Positions 1-8,304 of a DNA stretch of 49,854 nucleotides are shown in pieces. This stretch comes from a virus (lineage: Duplodnaviria; Heunggongvirae; Uroviricota; Caudoviricetes). Both the position numbers and the translations under genes were made by a program. The notes beneath the pieces were generated by a model, which was not told the DNA's origin, searched no databases, and saw only the letters and a list, made by a program, of their open reading frames with translations. Within the stretch, counting starts at the first letter, position 1, and each line of letters opens with the position of its first letter. The stretch is from IMG/VR virus record IMGVR_UViG_2529293239_000010, one strand, 5' to 3'.

Positions 1-1131
1 TCAAATGACCAGTTTTTTCCATTCCTTACCGCGTGCGTCGTTGTAAATATCGGTCATTTTTTGATTCGAATGGCCTAGCAAAATTTTGGTATCAACCCCC
101 TGCTCTCTGAACAATCGCTCTGATAAAGATCTCTGCTCATGGAAAGAGGGAGGGGTGCCATTAGCACGCCAGTTGTAATCCACAGAATCCCGGGCTTTTT
201 TAAATGCAACGGTTAATGTTGCTGGCTTAACCATCCCGCCGCGCTTAGCTGTCCCTTTCGCGTGATGGTGGTGCAATAGCCACGGACTAAGAACGCAATC
301 GCGGCAGGATGACACCACATCATCCAGGGTGAGATTTAATTTATCGCAACGCAGAGCCAGAGGGATGGCAATCCGGGTTCCTGTTTTTTGCTGTTCGACA
401 TGAAGATAACCATCCCGGATATCCGAAAATTGCATTTTGCAAATATCTGAAAGGCGCTGGCCTGTCATCAGTGCCAGCAGCATACCGCGCTGTAAAAAGT
501 AACCATCCTTTTCCGCTGCGTTATAAATCATCATCCACTCATCAAAAGTCAGTCGCTGTCTTGATATCCGCACCTGCGGTTTTTTTGCCGATTCTGCAGG
601 GTTAAAGCCTGGCGGGACATCGCCCGTTTGCTGAGCTTCCCGGAAAACATCGATCAGTACTTTCCTGAAAATTTGTCCCATTCTGTTATGTCCTCTGGCC
701 TTGTACTCTTCCAGTACTGATACCACATCTTTTACGGTTATGGCATCTAACCGTCTGGTGCCAAAACGTTCATCAAATACCCTGAGAGGGGCCGCTTTCT
801 GTTTCAGCGTGTTGAGTTTGATCTCGCCGTTTTCATATCTTTCCTGTTGAATTTTTCTGTAATTATTCAGAAAAATGGTAACAGTTGATGAACCGCCGGT
901 ATCACTAATAATTTTCTCCTGCAGACTGAGCATTTGTTCCATTTGCTGCCGGGCAAGACGGCTGTTCGCTTCTGCTGCAATAGTTTCTGCCAGTTTCTGG
1001 TCAATACTGCCGAGACCGTGATTTTTGCCTGTTATGGGATGCCTGTAACGCCAGTAAACTTTGTTATTTCTTTTGTCAAAATACGGAGATAATCCCGGAA
1101 CATCGGTTTTATATTTTCGCGGGCGCGCCAT
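1..1131 (-). CDS. int: Phage integrase, tyrosine recombinase family
   Basis: 376-aa ORF with integrase-like N-terminus and C-terminal catalytic region (R...HxxR...Y context near LGHSNQKMTDIY); sits at the prophage edge next to an excisionase, as in lambdoid prophages. Its stop codon lies at window positions 1..3. Confidence 0.85.
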   Translation of the reverse strand: MARPRKYKTDVPGLSPYFDKRNNKVYWRYRHPITGKNHGLGSIDQKLAETIAAEANSRLARQQMEQMLSLQEKIISDTGGSSTVTIFLNNYRKIQQERYENGEIKLNTLKQKAAPLRVFDERFGTRRLDAITVKDVVSVLEEYKARGHNRMGQIFRKVLIDVFREAQQTGDVPPGFNPAESAKKPQVRISRQRLTFDEWMMIYNAAEKDGYFLQRGMLLALMTGQRLSDICKMQFSDIRDGYLHVEQQKTGTRIAIPLALRCDKLNLTLDDVVSSCRDCVLSPWLLHHHHAKGTAKRGGMVKPATLTVAFKKARDSVDYNWRANGTPPSFHEQRSLSERLFREQGVDTKILLGHSNQKMTDIYNDARGKEWKKLVI

Positions 1132-1357
1132 CTTCCAGTATCCTCTTCAAAGCAGGGTGATCTGTGGCGATCACCTCCGGCTTGTTTACCATTCCGACAA
1201 AGCGAGCTTGCGGATCCACTCGCCAGCGTCTTCCAACTTTTTTGGGGAGAGGAAATATCATTCCGGCTTTAGCGTATTTACTTAACGTACTCGGAGTAGG
1301 GACCGGTTCACTGAATTCCTCTTTTGCCCACTCAGTGAGCAGAATAAGTCTTGCCAT
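1109..1357 (-). CDS. xis: Excisionase-like small DNA-binding protein
   Basis: 82-aa ORF directly upstream of and overlapping int on the same strand; N-terminal LxLxEWAKEEF...TL.KYAKAG motif typical of lambdoid Xis proteins. Confidence 0.65.
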   Translation of the reverse strand: MARLILLTEWAKEEFSEPVPTPSTLSKYAKAGMIFPLPKKVGRRWRVDPQARFVGMVNKPEVIATDHPALKRILEDGAPAKI

Positions 1358-1421
1358 GAGCGTCGTTCGCTAATCATGGTCGCCGCCACTATAGCTGGTG
1401 GGCAACGACCGGGGTTGAACA

Positions 1422-3893
1422 TTAAAAATCAGCCTGATTCGGGATCAGTTTTTGCCAGATAACTGAAATGTATTTTGCCTGGTAACGGGCGTCATCAAGT
1501 GCATTATGGCGCTCACCTTCGAATGGAATAGCCGTTCTGGCATCGAAGTCTATGGCTTTCCCCAGCTCAACGATTGTGCGTACATCGCGATCGTTGTAGT
1601 AACGCCACGGGCAGGGGATCCCCTGCCGTTCGTATGAACGGCGCAAAATCGTGTTGTCGAAGTTGGCTCCATTTCCCCAGACCTGAACAAAAAATTCACC
1701 GGAGTTTTCGTCGATAAATTCCCGCAATTGTAACAGTGCATCATCTAACGGGATTTCATCGGTCATAATGGCAGACTGCGCTTCACGTGATTGCTTCAGC
1801 CACCTTTTAATGACGTCACGATCAATGACTCCGCCAGCAGTTTCCAGATCGATAGTCTTACTAAATTCCGGTCCCATATCTCCGGTTTGCGGATCGAAAA
1901 ATATTGCACCTATTGAGATAATCGGGGCATCAGGATTTTTTCCCATGGTTTCAAGGTCGATCATTAGATGGTCACACGTCCTGCTGGTGGATGTGATAAC
2001 GTGATGACCGTTCATCGCAATTAAGGGATCTGCCGTCTCGCCAGTTTCACTATCGCTGGCGTGATCCTGAGCGCTACCAGCATTCTCCTTGTGTGGATGT
2101 TCAGCGCCTTCCATTTCCTTCGGATCATTTTCCTGAACTTCAACCTGATTCTCTTCATCGAATGTTTCCTGGTATGTTGCGTCACCCATCACCGCGCCAC
2201 AATCAGGGCAGTTGCCGCCACCGCTTTGACCGCAGGCGGTGCAGACTTTTTCCGGTTCCTGTTGCGCTACTGGCTCAGGTTGTTTCGTTTCTGGCTCGTT
2301 TTGTTGCGTATTTGGGCTGTTTTGTTCCGCTTTCTGGTCGTTCTGTTCCGATTCTTGCTGGTTCTGGTTTACAGAATCGCGGGTTTCAATCCCCTTTACC
2401 CATTTCGGATCATTCGGGTCGCTAATCCCTGCAACAAATTCTCCGCGAGAGGCAGCAAGCAACTTATCGGCGTCAGGCTGGCTGATATTGGCTGCCTGCA
2501 TAATTTTGTTTACTTCGTCAGCGGTAACTTTTACCGGCTCTGGTTGTGCGGTCGTGTCAGATGCACCAGTATTTTGTTGTGAACCTGAGTACGTGCCGTT
2601 TTTACGTGCGAAGTATTCCTCTTTTGTGATTTCCGTAGCTCCCAAGGCTAGTGCTTTTTCCAGACCAGAAAGTTTGTTTGCGCGACCGTATTTTTCGCCA
2701 TCCTTGTCGGTGAAGAGGAAGTAGAACGGCCCCTCACGCTCTACAGATGGTTCGACTTCCACTTTGCATTCGGTTTTTTCGTTGCCCGGAATTGCCGTTT
2801 CCACTGCATCAGTTTCTGGTACTGGCGACGAGAGAGTATCAGTTGCGCTCTGATTTCTTCCTTCATCTTCAAACACGCCCTTTGTAGTCAGGTATTCAGT
2901 AATGTATTTGTTCAGTGCCACAGGGTCTTTGTGAATGTCGATCGGACGTTCACGGACAAGGCCAAAAATAGTCTGGCGGTCGTAGCGAAGGGCATCAGGC
3001 TGTTTGCGCATTGATGCCGAGATACGCTTCCAGTCTTCGCGGTCGTTGTCGATAACTTCATTTTTTGCCCAGCGATGGATGCTGCCGTCAATGTTTCCGG
3101 CATCCACATCACCAGGCCAGAGAGCGTAGGCCAGTTCGTCATCCAGTGTTTTCCATGTCTGCTTGTATTCGCGATGAATGGCAGCAATGACCGGGCTGAT
3201 TTTTCCTGTTGAATTTTCACTGTGCTGTTGATTGGTTCTGGCGCGGGCGAGATCAACAACAGACGTGTATTTTCCGGTTTCCTTGCGTTCACCTTCGCGA
3301 CGTTTTTTCCAGATGCGCATCTCTGCCTGAATTTCGGGCCATTTGGCACCAGGCTTACATTTATGCTTAACCCACCCGATGGCATGCAGCTTAAGCTCCG
3401 GATACATGGCGTTAACTTCTGGCATTTTCATCAACGCTTCAACGATATGTCCGTCGAATGTTGCCATGTCTTCCTGCAACAATTCCTGTGCGCTAATAAC
3501 CATATCAACGGTGATGTTTTCACATGTGTCGAACTTAACCATGACAGCGTTCTGTACTTCAGGGGCCAGCTTGTCAAAAGTGACGTTCATCGGATCTGAT
3601 TCAGTCTCAACCGGGACAAAGGAAGCAGACTCCTCATCCCAGCGGTTTTCCTGCATATATTCAGCATCCCAGGAATCGAGGGCAGGGCGGGGTATACCGG
3701 GTTTATCCTCGCAGACAAGAAATTTATAAGCGCAGTCCTGAGCAGCCGGATAATGTTCCAGGAATTGCCAGTGAAATTTTGCGCGGGCGCGACGTTCATC
3801 ACCGGCTTCAATGGCAGTGGCTACAGCGACGGCACCTTCTTCCTTTATTGCCTGTTCGTCCGGAATGGCGGCGCAAATAAAGACTTTACTCAT
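1422..3893 (-). CDS. Phage exonuclease, 823 aa, with C-terminal DEDDh (DnaQ-like) 3'-5' exonuclease domain and central CxxC...CxxC zinc ribbon
   Basis: C-terminal motifs DLETMG ... WGNGANFD ... HNALDDA fit the DEDDh exonuclease fold; CTACGQ...CPDCG zinc ribbon; Q/E/N-rich low-complexity linker encoded by imperfect tandem DNA repeats around 2240..2360. Confidence 0.8.
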   Translation of the reverse strand: MSKVFICAAIPDEQAIKEEGAVAVATAIEAGDERRARAKFHWQFLEHYPAAQDCAYKFLVCEDKPGIPRPALDSWDAEYMQENRWDEESASFVPVETESDPMNVTFDKLAPEVQNAVMVKFDTCENITVDMVISAQELLQEDMATFDGHIVEALMKMPEVNAMYPELKLHAIGWVKHKCKPGAKWPEIQAEMRIWKKRREGERKETGKYTSVVDLARARTNQQHSENSTGKISPVIAAIHREYKQTWKTLDDELAYALWPGDVDAGNIDGSIHRWAKNEVIDNDREDWKRISASMRKQPDALRYDRQTIFGLVRERPIDIHKDPVALNKYITEYLTTKGVFEDEGRNQSATDTLSSPVPETDAVETAIPGNEKTECKVEVEPSVEREGPFYFLFTDKDGEKYGRANKLSGLEKALALGATEITKEEYFARKNGTYSGSQQNTGASDTTAQPEPVKVTADEVNKIMQAANISQPDADKLLAASRGEFVAGISDPNDPKWVKGIETRDSVNQNQQESEQNDQKAEQNSPNTQQNEPETKQPEPVAQQEPEKVCTACGQSGGGNCPDCGAVMGDATYQETFDEENQVEVQENDPKEMEGAEHPHKENAGSAQDHASDSETGETADPLIAMNGHHVITSTSRTCDHLMIDLETMGKNPDAPIISIGAIFFDPQTGDMGPEFSKTIDLETAGGVIDRDVIKRWLKQSREAQSAIMTDEIPLDDALLQLREFIDENSGEFFVQVWGNGANFDNTILRRSYERQGIPCPWRYYNDRDVRTIVELGKAIDFDARTAIPFEGERHNALDDARYQAKYISVIWQKLIPNQADF

Positions 3894-3985
3894 TTTGTTT
3901 TACCTCATTACAGATTTAAGGGTGAACAAATCCCTGCCATTGCTGGCATATAAGAATGAAACCGGATATTTATTACGGAACTGTT

Positions 3986-4177
3986 TTAAAGACCTGCCGG
4001 GATTTCGTTATTATCCTGGTGAATAACTTTATCGACCGGGTAACAGTTACCGGGAATTTTCTGTTCGGTTGCTGCAGTCACACACTCCTGCATTGTCCTG
4101 TGAACACTGACTGCAATATCAACTGGCTCTCCGGAAACAAGAAAAACTGTCAGAACAAGTGCAAATGCTGTATTCAT
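3986..4177 (-). CDS. Small hydrophobic, signal-peptide-like protein of unknown function (about 63 aa)
   Basis: ORF with hydrophobic N-terminus (MNTAFALVLTVFLVSG); its ATG overlaps the stop of the upstream gene in an ATGA arrangement, suggesting translational coupling; AAGGA Shine-Dalgarno about 8 nt upstream. Confidence 0.35.
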   Translation of the reverse strand: MNTAFALVLTVFLVSGEPVDIAVSVHRTMQECVTAATEQKIPGNCYPVDKVIHQDNNEIPAGL

Positions 4178-4467
4178 TGCCAGCATCCTTTTTGTATCGG
4201 ACGTAAACGGGCCAGCATTGAAAGAATGCATATTTTATTTAATAGCTCCCGTTCGTGTTTTCTCTTGTTAATGGCATCTTCAGTAAATACAGGGTTACTG
4301 ATAGTGACACCAATTTCAAAACAACCTTCAGACGTATTAATGTTTGGTAATAACGTTTCCATTATCGCGTCCTCAACAATGAATTTTGTGATGCGGTGCC
4401 TGGTGCCTCCAGGTGACGTTAACCAGTTAACAATTAACGCCGGATACAGAGAATCCACCCATAACAC
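4174..4467 (-). CDS. Hypothetical protein in leftward early operon
   Basis: 97-aa ORF on the same strand as the early leftward genes; stop overlaps the start of the downstream small ORF. No recognisable motifs. Confidence 0.4.
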   Translation of the reverse strand: MLWVDSLYPALIVNWLTSPGGTRHRITKFIVEDAIMETLLPNINTSEGCFEIGVTISNPVFTEDAINKRKHERELLNKICILSMLARLRPIQKGCWQ

Positions 4468-4923
4468 TGTTTTTGGTTTTAACTGTTCCGCGTGCGCTCA
4501 GCCGCATTCACCACATCACAAAATTCACTTTAAAAAGGGCGGCAGAGCAGTCACGGAGTAAAACTGATACCGCCAAACGTCACCAGAAAATTGATAACAG
4601 AGGGCGTTGCAGCGGGGTTGTCACTTAAGCGTATGGTCAACCTGACAACTCGGTGTCCTCAACGGGGAAGGAATAACCCCGCCATACTTACCGCCGCGCC
4701 ATTTCGCGGATTGCCACAACCGGAAACGCACGGTCGACGAAAATTTAACGACAGGCTATCTATGAACCAGCTACCTCGCCGGGCGCTTTCGCGTTATGGT
4801 CTGACTTTTCAGGGAAATATCCTTTCAGTAAACTGTCAGTGCCGGATGCTCACCCGTGTCCGGCGCACGCACTCCACCTCACCCGTGGAGAACTCCTTAA
4901 TCACCAACCCTCAGGAGGGTGAA

Positions 4924-5199
4924 ATGTCGACTGAAAATGATGAAATCATTAACTCCCTGATACGCCAGATTAATAATTTTGATAAAGCATTGCAACATGC
5001 TGCGGCGCGTAGTGATATAACTCTTTTAGCAATTTCATTTCTTGCATCTGTTATGGATAAAAATGAAGTCGTACGACAGAGTCTTGTTGATTATATCGAC
5101 TCGCTTCAACCCGGCACTTTCAATCATGAGAGCTTCAATCATGAGAAAGAGCATGTTAAGTCTGTAATTAATTCTCTTATTTTGAATCAAAAGAATTAA
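4924..5199 (+). CDS. Hypothetical protein (about 91 aa) in AT-rich segment
   Basis: ATG at 4924 preceded by strong Shine-Dalgarno GGAGGGTGAA; the longer 202-aa ORF call upstream has no ribosome binding site. Convergent with, and overlapping, the 3' end of the minus-strand gene 5177..5509. Confidence 0.35.
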   Translation: MSTENDEIINSLIRQINNFDKALQHAAARSDITLLAISFLASVMDKNEVVRQSLVDYIDSLQPGTFNHESFNHEKEHVKSVINSLILNQKN

Positions 5200-5509
5200 T
5201 GCTTTTTGTTGCAAAGTAATTTTCAAGGGGTTCTATTCGAATCCCTTTCTTTTTCATTAACAAGCCAAACCCCTTATCAATGATGTCCATTAGATCCAGG
5301 AAGTATTTTTCATGTAAATCCTGGTTATCAGAGAGCTGCTTCTCTTCGTACAGCCCGATAAAGGCTCGGCGTACGTTACCGGATATATTGTCGATGGTTT
5401 CTTTTTCTACGGTACTCAGGTCAAGAGTCGCCAGTTGAGAGCGAACCACATTCGATGCCATTTCCTGGAATGGTACTGGTAAATCTTTAAATTCCATCGT
5501 CAACCTCAT
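5177..5509 (-). CDS. Hypothetical protein, second gene of PL-proximal operon
   Basis: 110-aa ORF whose start overlaps the stop of the upstream gene (5509); AT-rich; no recognisable family. Confidence 0.45.
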   Translation of the reverse strand: MRLTMEFKDLPVPFQEMASNVVRSQLATLDLSTVEKETIDNISGNVRRAFIGLYEEKQLSDNQDLHEKYFLDLMDIIDKGFGLLMKKKGIRIEPLENYFATKSINSFDSK

Positions 5510-5742
5510 CAGTCAGTGTTTCTGGTTAACCAGCGACGCGCGCCAGCTTCAGTTTTAAACGTTTTGCTTCTGGTATACGTCATCGCGGTGAACGTACCGT
5601 CCTGGTTGGGGAACACGCCACATACCAGAGATTCGCTGTTGCCAAGCTCGATAGTATCCATGCTGACCTCATTTCCCCTTAACGCCGGGGTAGCGGAACA
5701 AAAACCTGCTGCATAGTTATTAAAGTTGAACCCTGCCGTCAT
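5509..5742 (-). CDS. Hypothetical protein, first gene downstream of PL
   Basis: 77-aa ORF about 100 bp downstream of a strong leftward promoter; occupies the position of N in lambda but has no arginine-rich N-terminus. Confidence 0.45.
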   Translation of the reverse strand: MTAGFNFNNYAAGFCSATPALRGNEVSMDTIELGNSESLVCGVFPNQDGTFTAMTYTRSKTFKTEAGARRWLTRNTD

Positions 5743-5841
5743 GTTCTTACGCCTCGGGCTGGCTACTTAACCCCTGACCACTGCCTGGTAACTCGAGGTA
5801 TTGCCCTGTATTGTGTGGGACGGGATGGGTTGGTATGGGAA

Positions 5842-5870
5842 AACTATAGGAAATGCCTAATTACTTGTCA
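5842..5870 (-). promoter_or_regulatory. PL-like leftward early promoter with overlapping operator
   Basis: On the minus strand, TTGACA - 17 bp - TATAGT; overlaps the palindromic operator AATAGGCTATGCCTAAT (5869..5885) and further CCTAAT half-sites. Confidence 0.55.
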
Positions 5871-5979
5871 ATAGGCTATGCCTAATAATTTGGGCGCAAC
5901 CTAATAGGTGATGGTTTGTGGGAGAGGTAGTAGGAGTTAACTAACGGGAACTAGGAATTTCCCGTCGGACCATATAAGT

Positions 5980-6456
5980 TTAAGTTCCTGTCTTGGTGAT
6001 GTTCTGGCTTTTCCGTTTTGATTCTTGATTTTTCAGATAGTTAGCTACCTTCATTTCCATTGCGGCAATGTAGGCGCGAACGTCATAATCAACCCAACTA
6101 GGCTCCGTAGCATTTCCAGATAAGATGAAAGCCACAATTGCTTTTTTTTCATCAGAGGCGGCTTGATAAAGGCTGTTTATGTCTAAAAGTTCACTTTTTG
6201 TATCTGAAGTGGATGGGGTTGGTATGGGGTATTCGTTAAGCCCCCAATGCTCTGGACCAACCACATCAGAAAAGAAACGCCATAGTTCTGGAAGTTTGTC
6301 TTTACTTATCGAACCTTTCTTAATCCAGTCATGGATTGATGGTGGTTGGACTTTGAAATGACGTGCGATTTCCGCCTTTGATTTGACGGCTCCTGATGCA
6401 ATTTTTTTGTTAATGGCCTGCTCTATCGCTCGGCCTAAGTCTTTACCACTAAGCAT
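5980..6456 (-). CDS. Prophage repressor, RacR-like (HTH, no S24 peptidase domain)
   Basis: 158-aa ORF divergent from a cro-like gene and flanked on both sides by copies of the same palindromic operator; HTH-like segment KSKAEIARHFKVQPPSIHDWIKKG. Confidence 0.75.
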   Translation of the reverse strand: MLSGKDLGRAIEQAINKKIASGAVKSKAEIARHFKVQPPSIHDWIKKGSISKDKLPELWRFFSDVVGPEHWGLNEYPIPTPSTSDTKSELLDINSLYQAASDEKKAIVAFILSGNATEPSWVDYDVRAYIAAMEMKVANYLKNQESKRKSQNITKTGT

Positions 6457-6508
6457 TGCTTAATAGTCTCCTATGCGCATCGCGTTAGGCAATCCCTACT
6501 CTCGATGT

Positions 6509-6553
6509 ATTAGGCATAGCCTATTGACAATTTCATTAGGCTAAGCCTAATAT
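6509..6553 (+). promoter_or_regulatory. OR operators with PR-like rightward promoter
   Basis: TTGACA (6525..6530) - 17 bp - TAATAT (6548..6553); operator palindromes ATTAGGCATAGCCTATT (6509..6525) and ATTAGGCTAAGCCTAAT (6535..6551) overlap -35 and -10; a third partial site lies near 6483..6499. Confidence 0.6.
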
Positions 6554-6580
6554 TGTTGCGTGTTTTTTGGAGTTCATTCG

Positions 6581-6904
6581 ATGAAAAAAGATAACTATTC
6601 ATTCAAACGAGCTTGTGCTGTTGTCGGTGGGCAATCAGCAATGGCTAGGCTTTTAGGTGTATCTCCTCCAAGCGTAAATCAATGGATCAAAGGTGTACGT
6701 CAGTTACCTGCTGAGAGATGTCCTGCGATTGAACGAGCAACAAAAGGTGGTGTCCTGTGTGAAGAACTTCGTCCTGATGTTGATTGGACATACTTACGAC
6801 GCTCGTCATGTTATTCGCAGAATATGTCGATGAAGCAACCAAATGACGAAAACGATCATACCCGAAGCATCAAGAGGCAAATGATTCATGAAAATCAAAC
6901 ATGA
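6581..6904 (+). CDS. Cro/YdaS-like HTH regulator
   Basis: Starts at ATG 6581 after GGAG; HTH segment QSAMARLLGVSPPSVNQWIKG; divergent from the repressor across the operator region. Confidence 0.65.
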   Translation: MKKDNYSFKRACAVVGGQSAMARLLGVSPPSVNQWIKGVRQLPAERCPAIERATKGGVLCEELRPDVDWTYLRRSSCYSQNMSMKQPNDENDHTRSIKRQMIHENQT

Positions 6905-7313
6905 GCACATCCGCATGGCGATGAATGCCTGGGCATACCCTGATGGTGAGAAAGTTCCTGCAGCTGAAATAGCCCGGACTTATTTCGAACTGGGGATGAC
7001 GTTCCCTGAACTGTACGACGACAGCCATCCGGAAGCCCTGGCCCGTAATACCCAGAAAATTTTCCGTTGGCTGGATAAAGACCCCCCTGATGCTGTTGAA
7101 AAAATGCAGGCTCTGTTACCGGCGATCGAAAAGGCGATGCCGCCTTTGCTGGTGGCCCGTATGCGCAGCCACAGTTCTGAATATTACCGTGAGATCGTCG
7201 AACGGAGGGATCGGCTGGTGAAGGATGTCGATGATTTTGTTGCGTCAGCGGTTGTTTTGTATGACCAGATGAATCGCGGCGGCCCGGCAGGGAATGCTGT
7301 GGTGATGCACTAA
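6888..7313 (+). CDS. YdaT-like protein (Rac-type immunity region partner)
   Basis: 141-aa ORF immediately after the cro-like gene, starting MKIKHEHIRMAMN; size and position match ydaT of the Rac racR-ydaS-ydaT locus. Confidence 0.55.
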   Translation: MKIKHEHIRMAMNAWAYPDGEKVPAAEIARTYFELGMTFPELYDDSHPEALARNTQKIFRWLDKDPPDAVEKMQALLPAIEKAMPPLLVARMRSHSSEYYREIVERRDRLVKDVDDFVASAVVLYDQMNRGGPAGNAVVMH

Positions 7314-7335
7314 AAGCACGGTGTTCGGGGGTTTT

Positions 7336-8298
7336 ATGAGCAGCAAGCTTCATGGTCTTGTCTGGGAAGGGTGCGCCTTCACCGGCATGATCTTATCCAG
7401 GGTGGCGGTTATGGCCCGTCTTGCAGACTACAGCAATGACGAGGGCGTGTCATGGCCTGCCATTGAAACTATCCGGCGTCAGATCGGTGCAAGAAGTGAA
7501 TCCACAGTGAAATCGGCTATTGCAGAACTGGCGAAAGAGGGCTGGCTGACGAAGGAAGAGCGTAAGGTCGGTGGGCGTAATGTAAGCAATATCTATCGGC
7601 TTAATGTGGAAAAACTCGAAGCAGCTGCGGCGGCGGCGCGTGAGTCATATAAACCGAAAAGAAAAATTAGCCCGGCAAAAAATGACCCGTTAACAGTTGA
7701 CCCGTCAAATATTGACCCCTCAACGGTTGACCCGTCAAATTTTGATGGATCAACTGTTGATAAAAAACTGCCGATTAGGGGGGCGATGATTGACCCCGAT
7801 CCGTCAGTATTAAAACCTGATCCGTCAGATAAAAGATCTTCTTGTCCGGACGCTTCGCAACCGGACCCGCAGACGGCTGAACAGGATTTTTTAACCCGAC
7901 ACCCTGACGCGGTTGTGTTCAGTGCGAAAAAACGCCAGTGGGGAAGTCAGGAAGATTTGGTGTGCGCACAGTGGATCTGGGGACGAATCGTGAGTCTTTA
8001 CGAGCAGGCGGCCAGCTATGATGGCGAGATCACTAGACCGAAAGAACCCAACTGGACAGCATGGGCCAATGACGTTCGCACAATGCGGATGCTGGATGGC
8101 AGAACTCACAGACAAATTTGTGAAATGTTTGGGCGTCTCCAGCGGGATTCGTTCTGGGTAAAAAACATCATGAGTCCGGCAAAACTCCGGGAAAAATGGG
8201 ATGAACTGGTTATCCGCCTGGGGCGTTCGCCTGCGCAGCGTTGTGTGAATCACATTTCTGAACCGGACACTGAAATACCGCCGGGATTCAGGGGGTGA
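7336..8298 (+). CDS. Replication initiation protein (lambda O-like role) with internal iterons
   Basis: N-terminal winged-helix-like region; gene contains five 15-bp iteron-like repeats that encode DPSNIDPSTVDPSNFD; followed directly by a DnaC-like gene. Confidence 0.7.
   Translation: MSSKLHGLVWEGCAFTGMILSRVAVMARLADYSNDEGVSWPAIETIRRQIGARSESTVKSAIAELAKEGWLTKEERKVGGRNVSNIYRLNVEKLEAAAAAARESYKPKRKISPAKNDPLTVDPSNIDPSTVDPSNFDGSTVDKKLPIRGAMIDPDPSVLKPDPSDKRSSCPDASQPDPQTAEQDFLTRHPDAVVFSAKKRQWGSQEDLVCAQWIWGRIVSLYEQAASYDGEITRPKEPNWTAWANDVRTMRMLDGRTHRQICEMFGRLQRDSFWVKNIMSPAKLREKWDELVIRLGRSPAQRCVNHISEPDTEIPPGFRG
7682..7760. repeat. Iteron array, probable phage replication origin
   Basis: Five tandem 15-bp repeats, consensus TTGACCCGTCAANNN, embedded in the replication initiator gene, as lambda ori lies within O. 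Confidence 0.55.
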
Positions 8299-8304
8299 CG
8301 TGTC

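Noticed and set aside
1-60. attL core at the left edge of the window
   Set aside because: The integrase stop codon is at positions 1..3, so the attachment site lies outside the window and cannot be identified.
2061-2724. Plus-strand ORFs (173, 110 and 161 aa) inside the exonuclease gene
   Set aside because: They overlap the repetitive linker region of the minus-strand exonuclease; Cys/Phe-rich nonsense translations.
4591-4923. N-terminal two thirds of the 202-aa ORF call (4591..5199)
   Set aside because: No ribosome binding site at 4591, whereas a strong one precedes the internal ATG at 4924; the upstream part is more likely non-coding.
5743-5842. lambda-type nutL (boxA/boxB) between PL and the first leftward gene
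   Set aside because: No CGCTCTTA-like boxA or obvious boxB hairpin found on the minus strand; antitermination here, if any, is not of the lambda N type.
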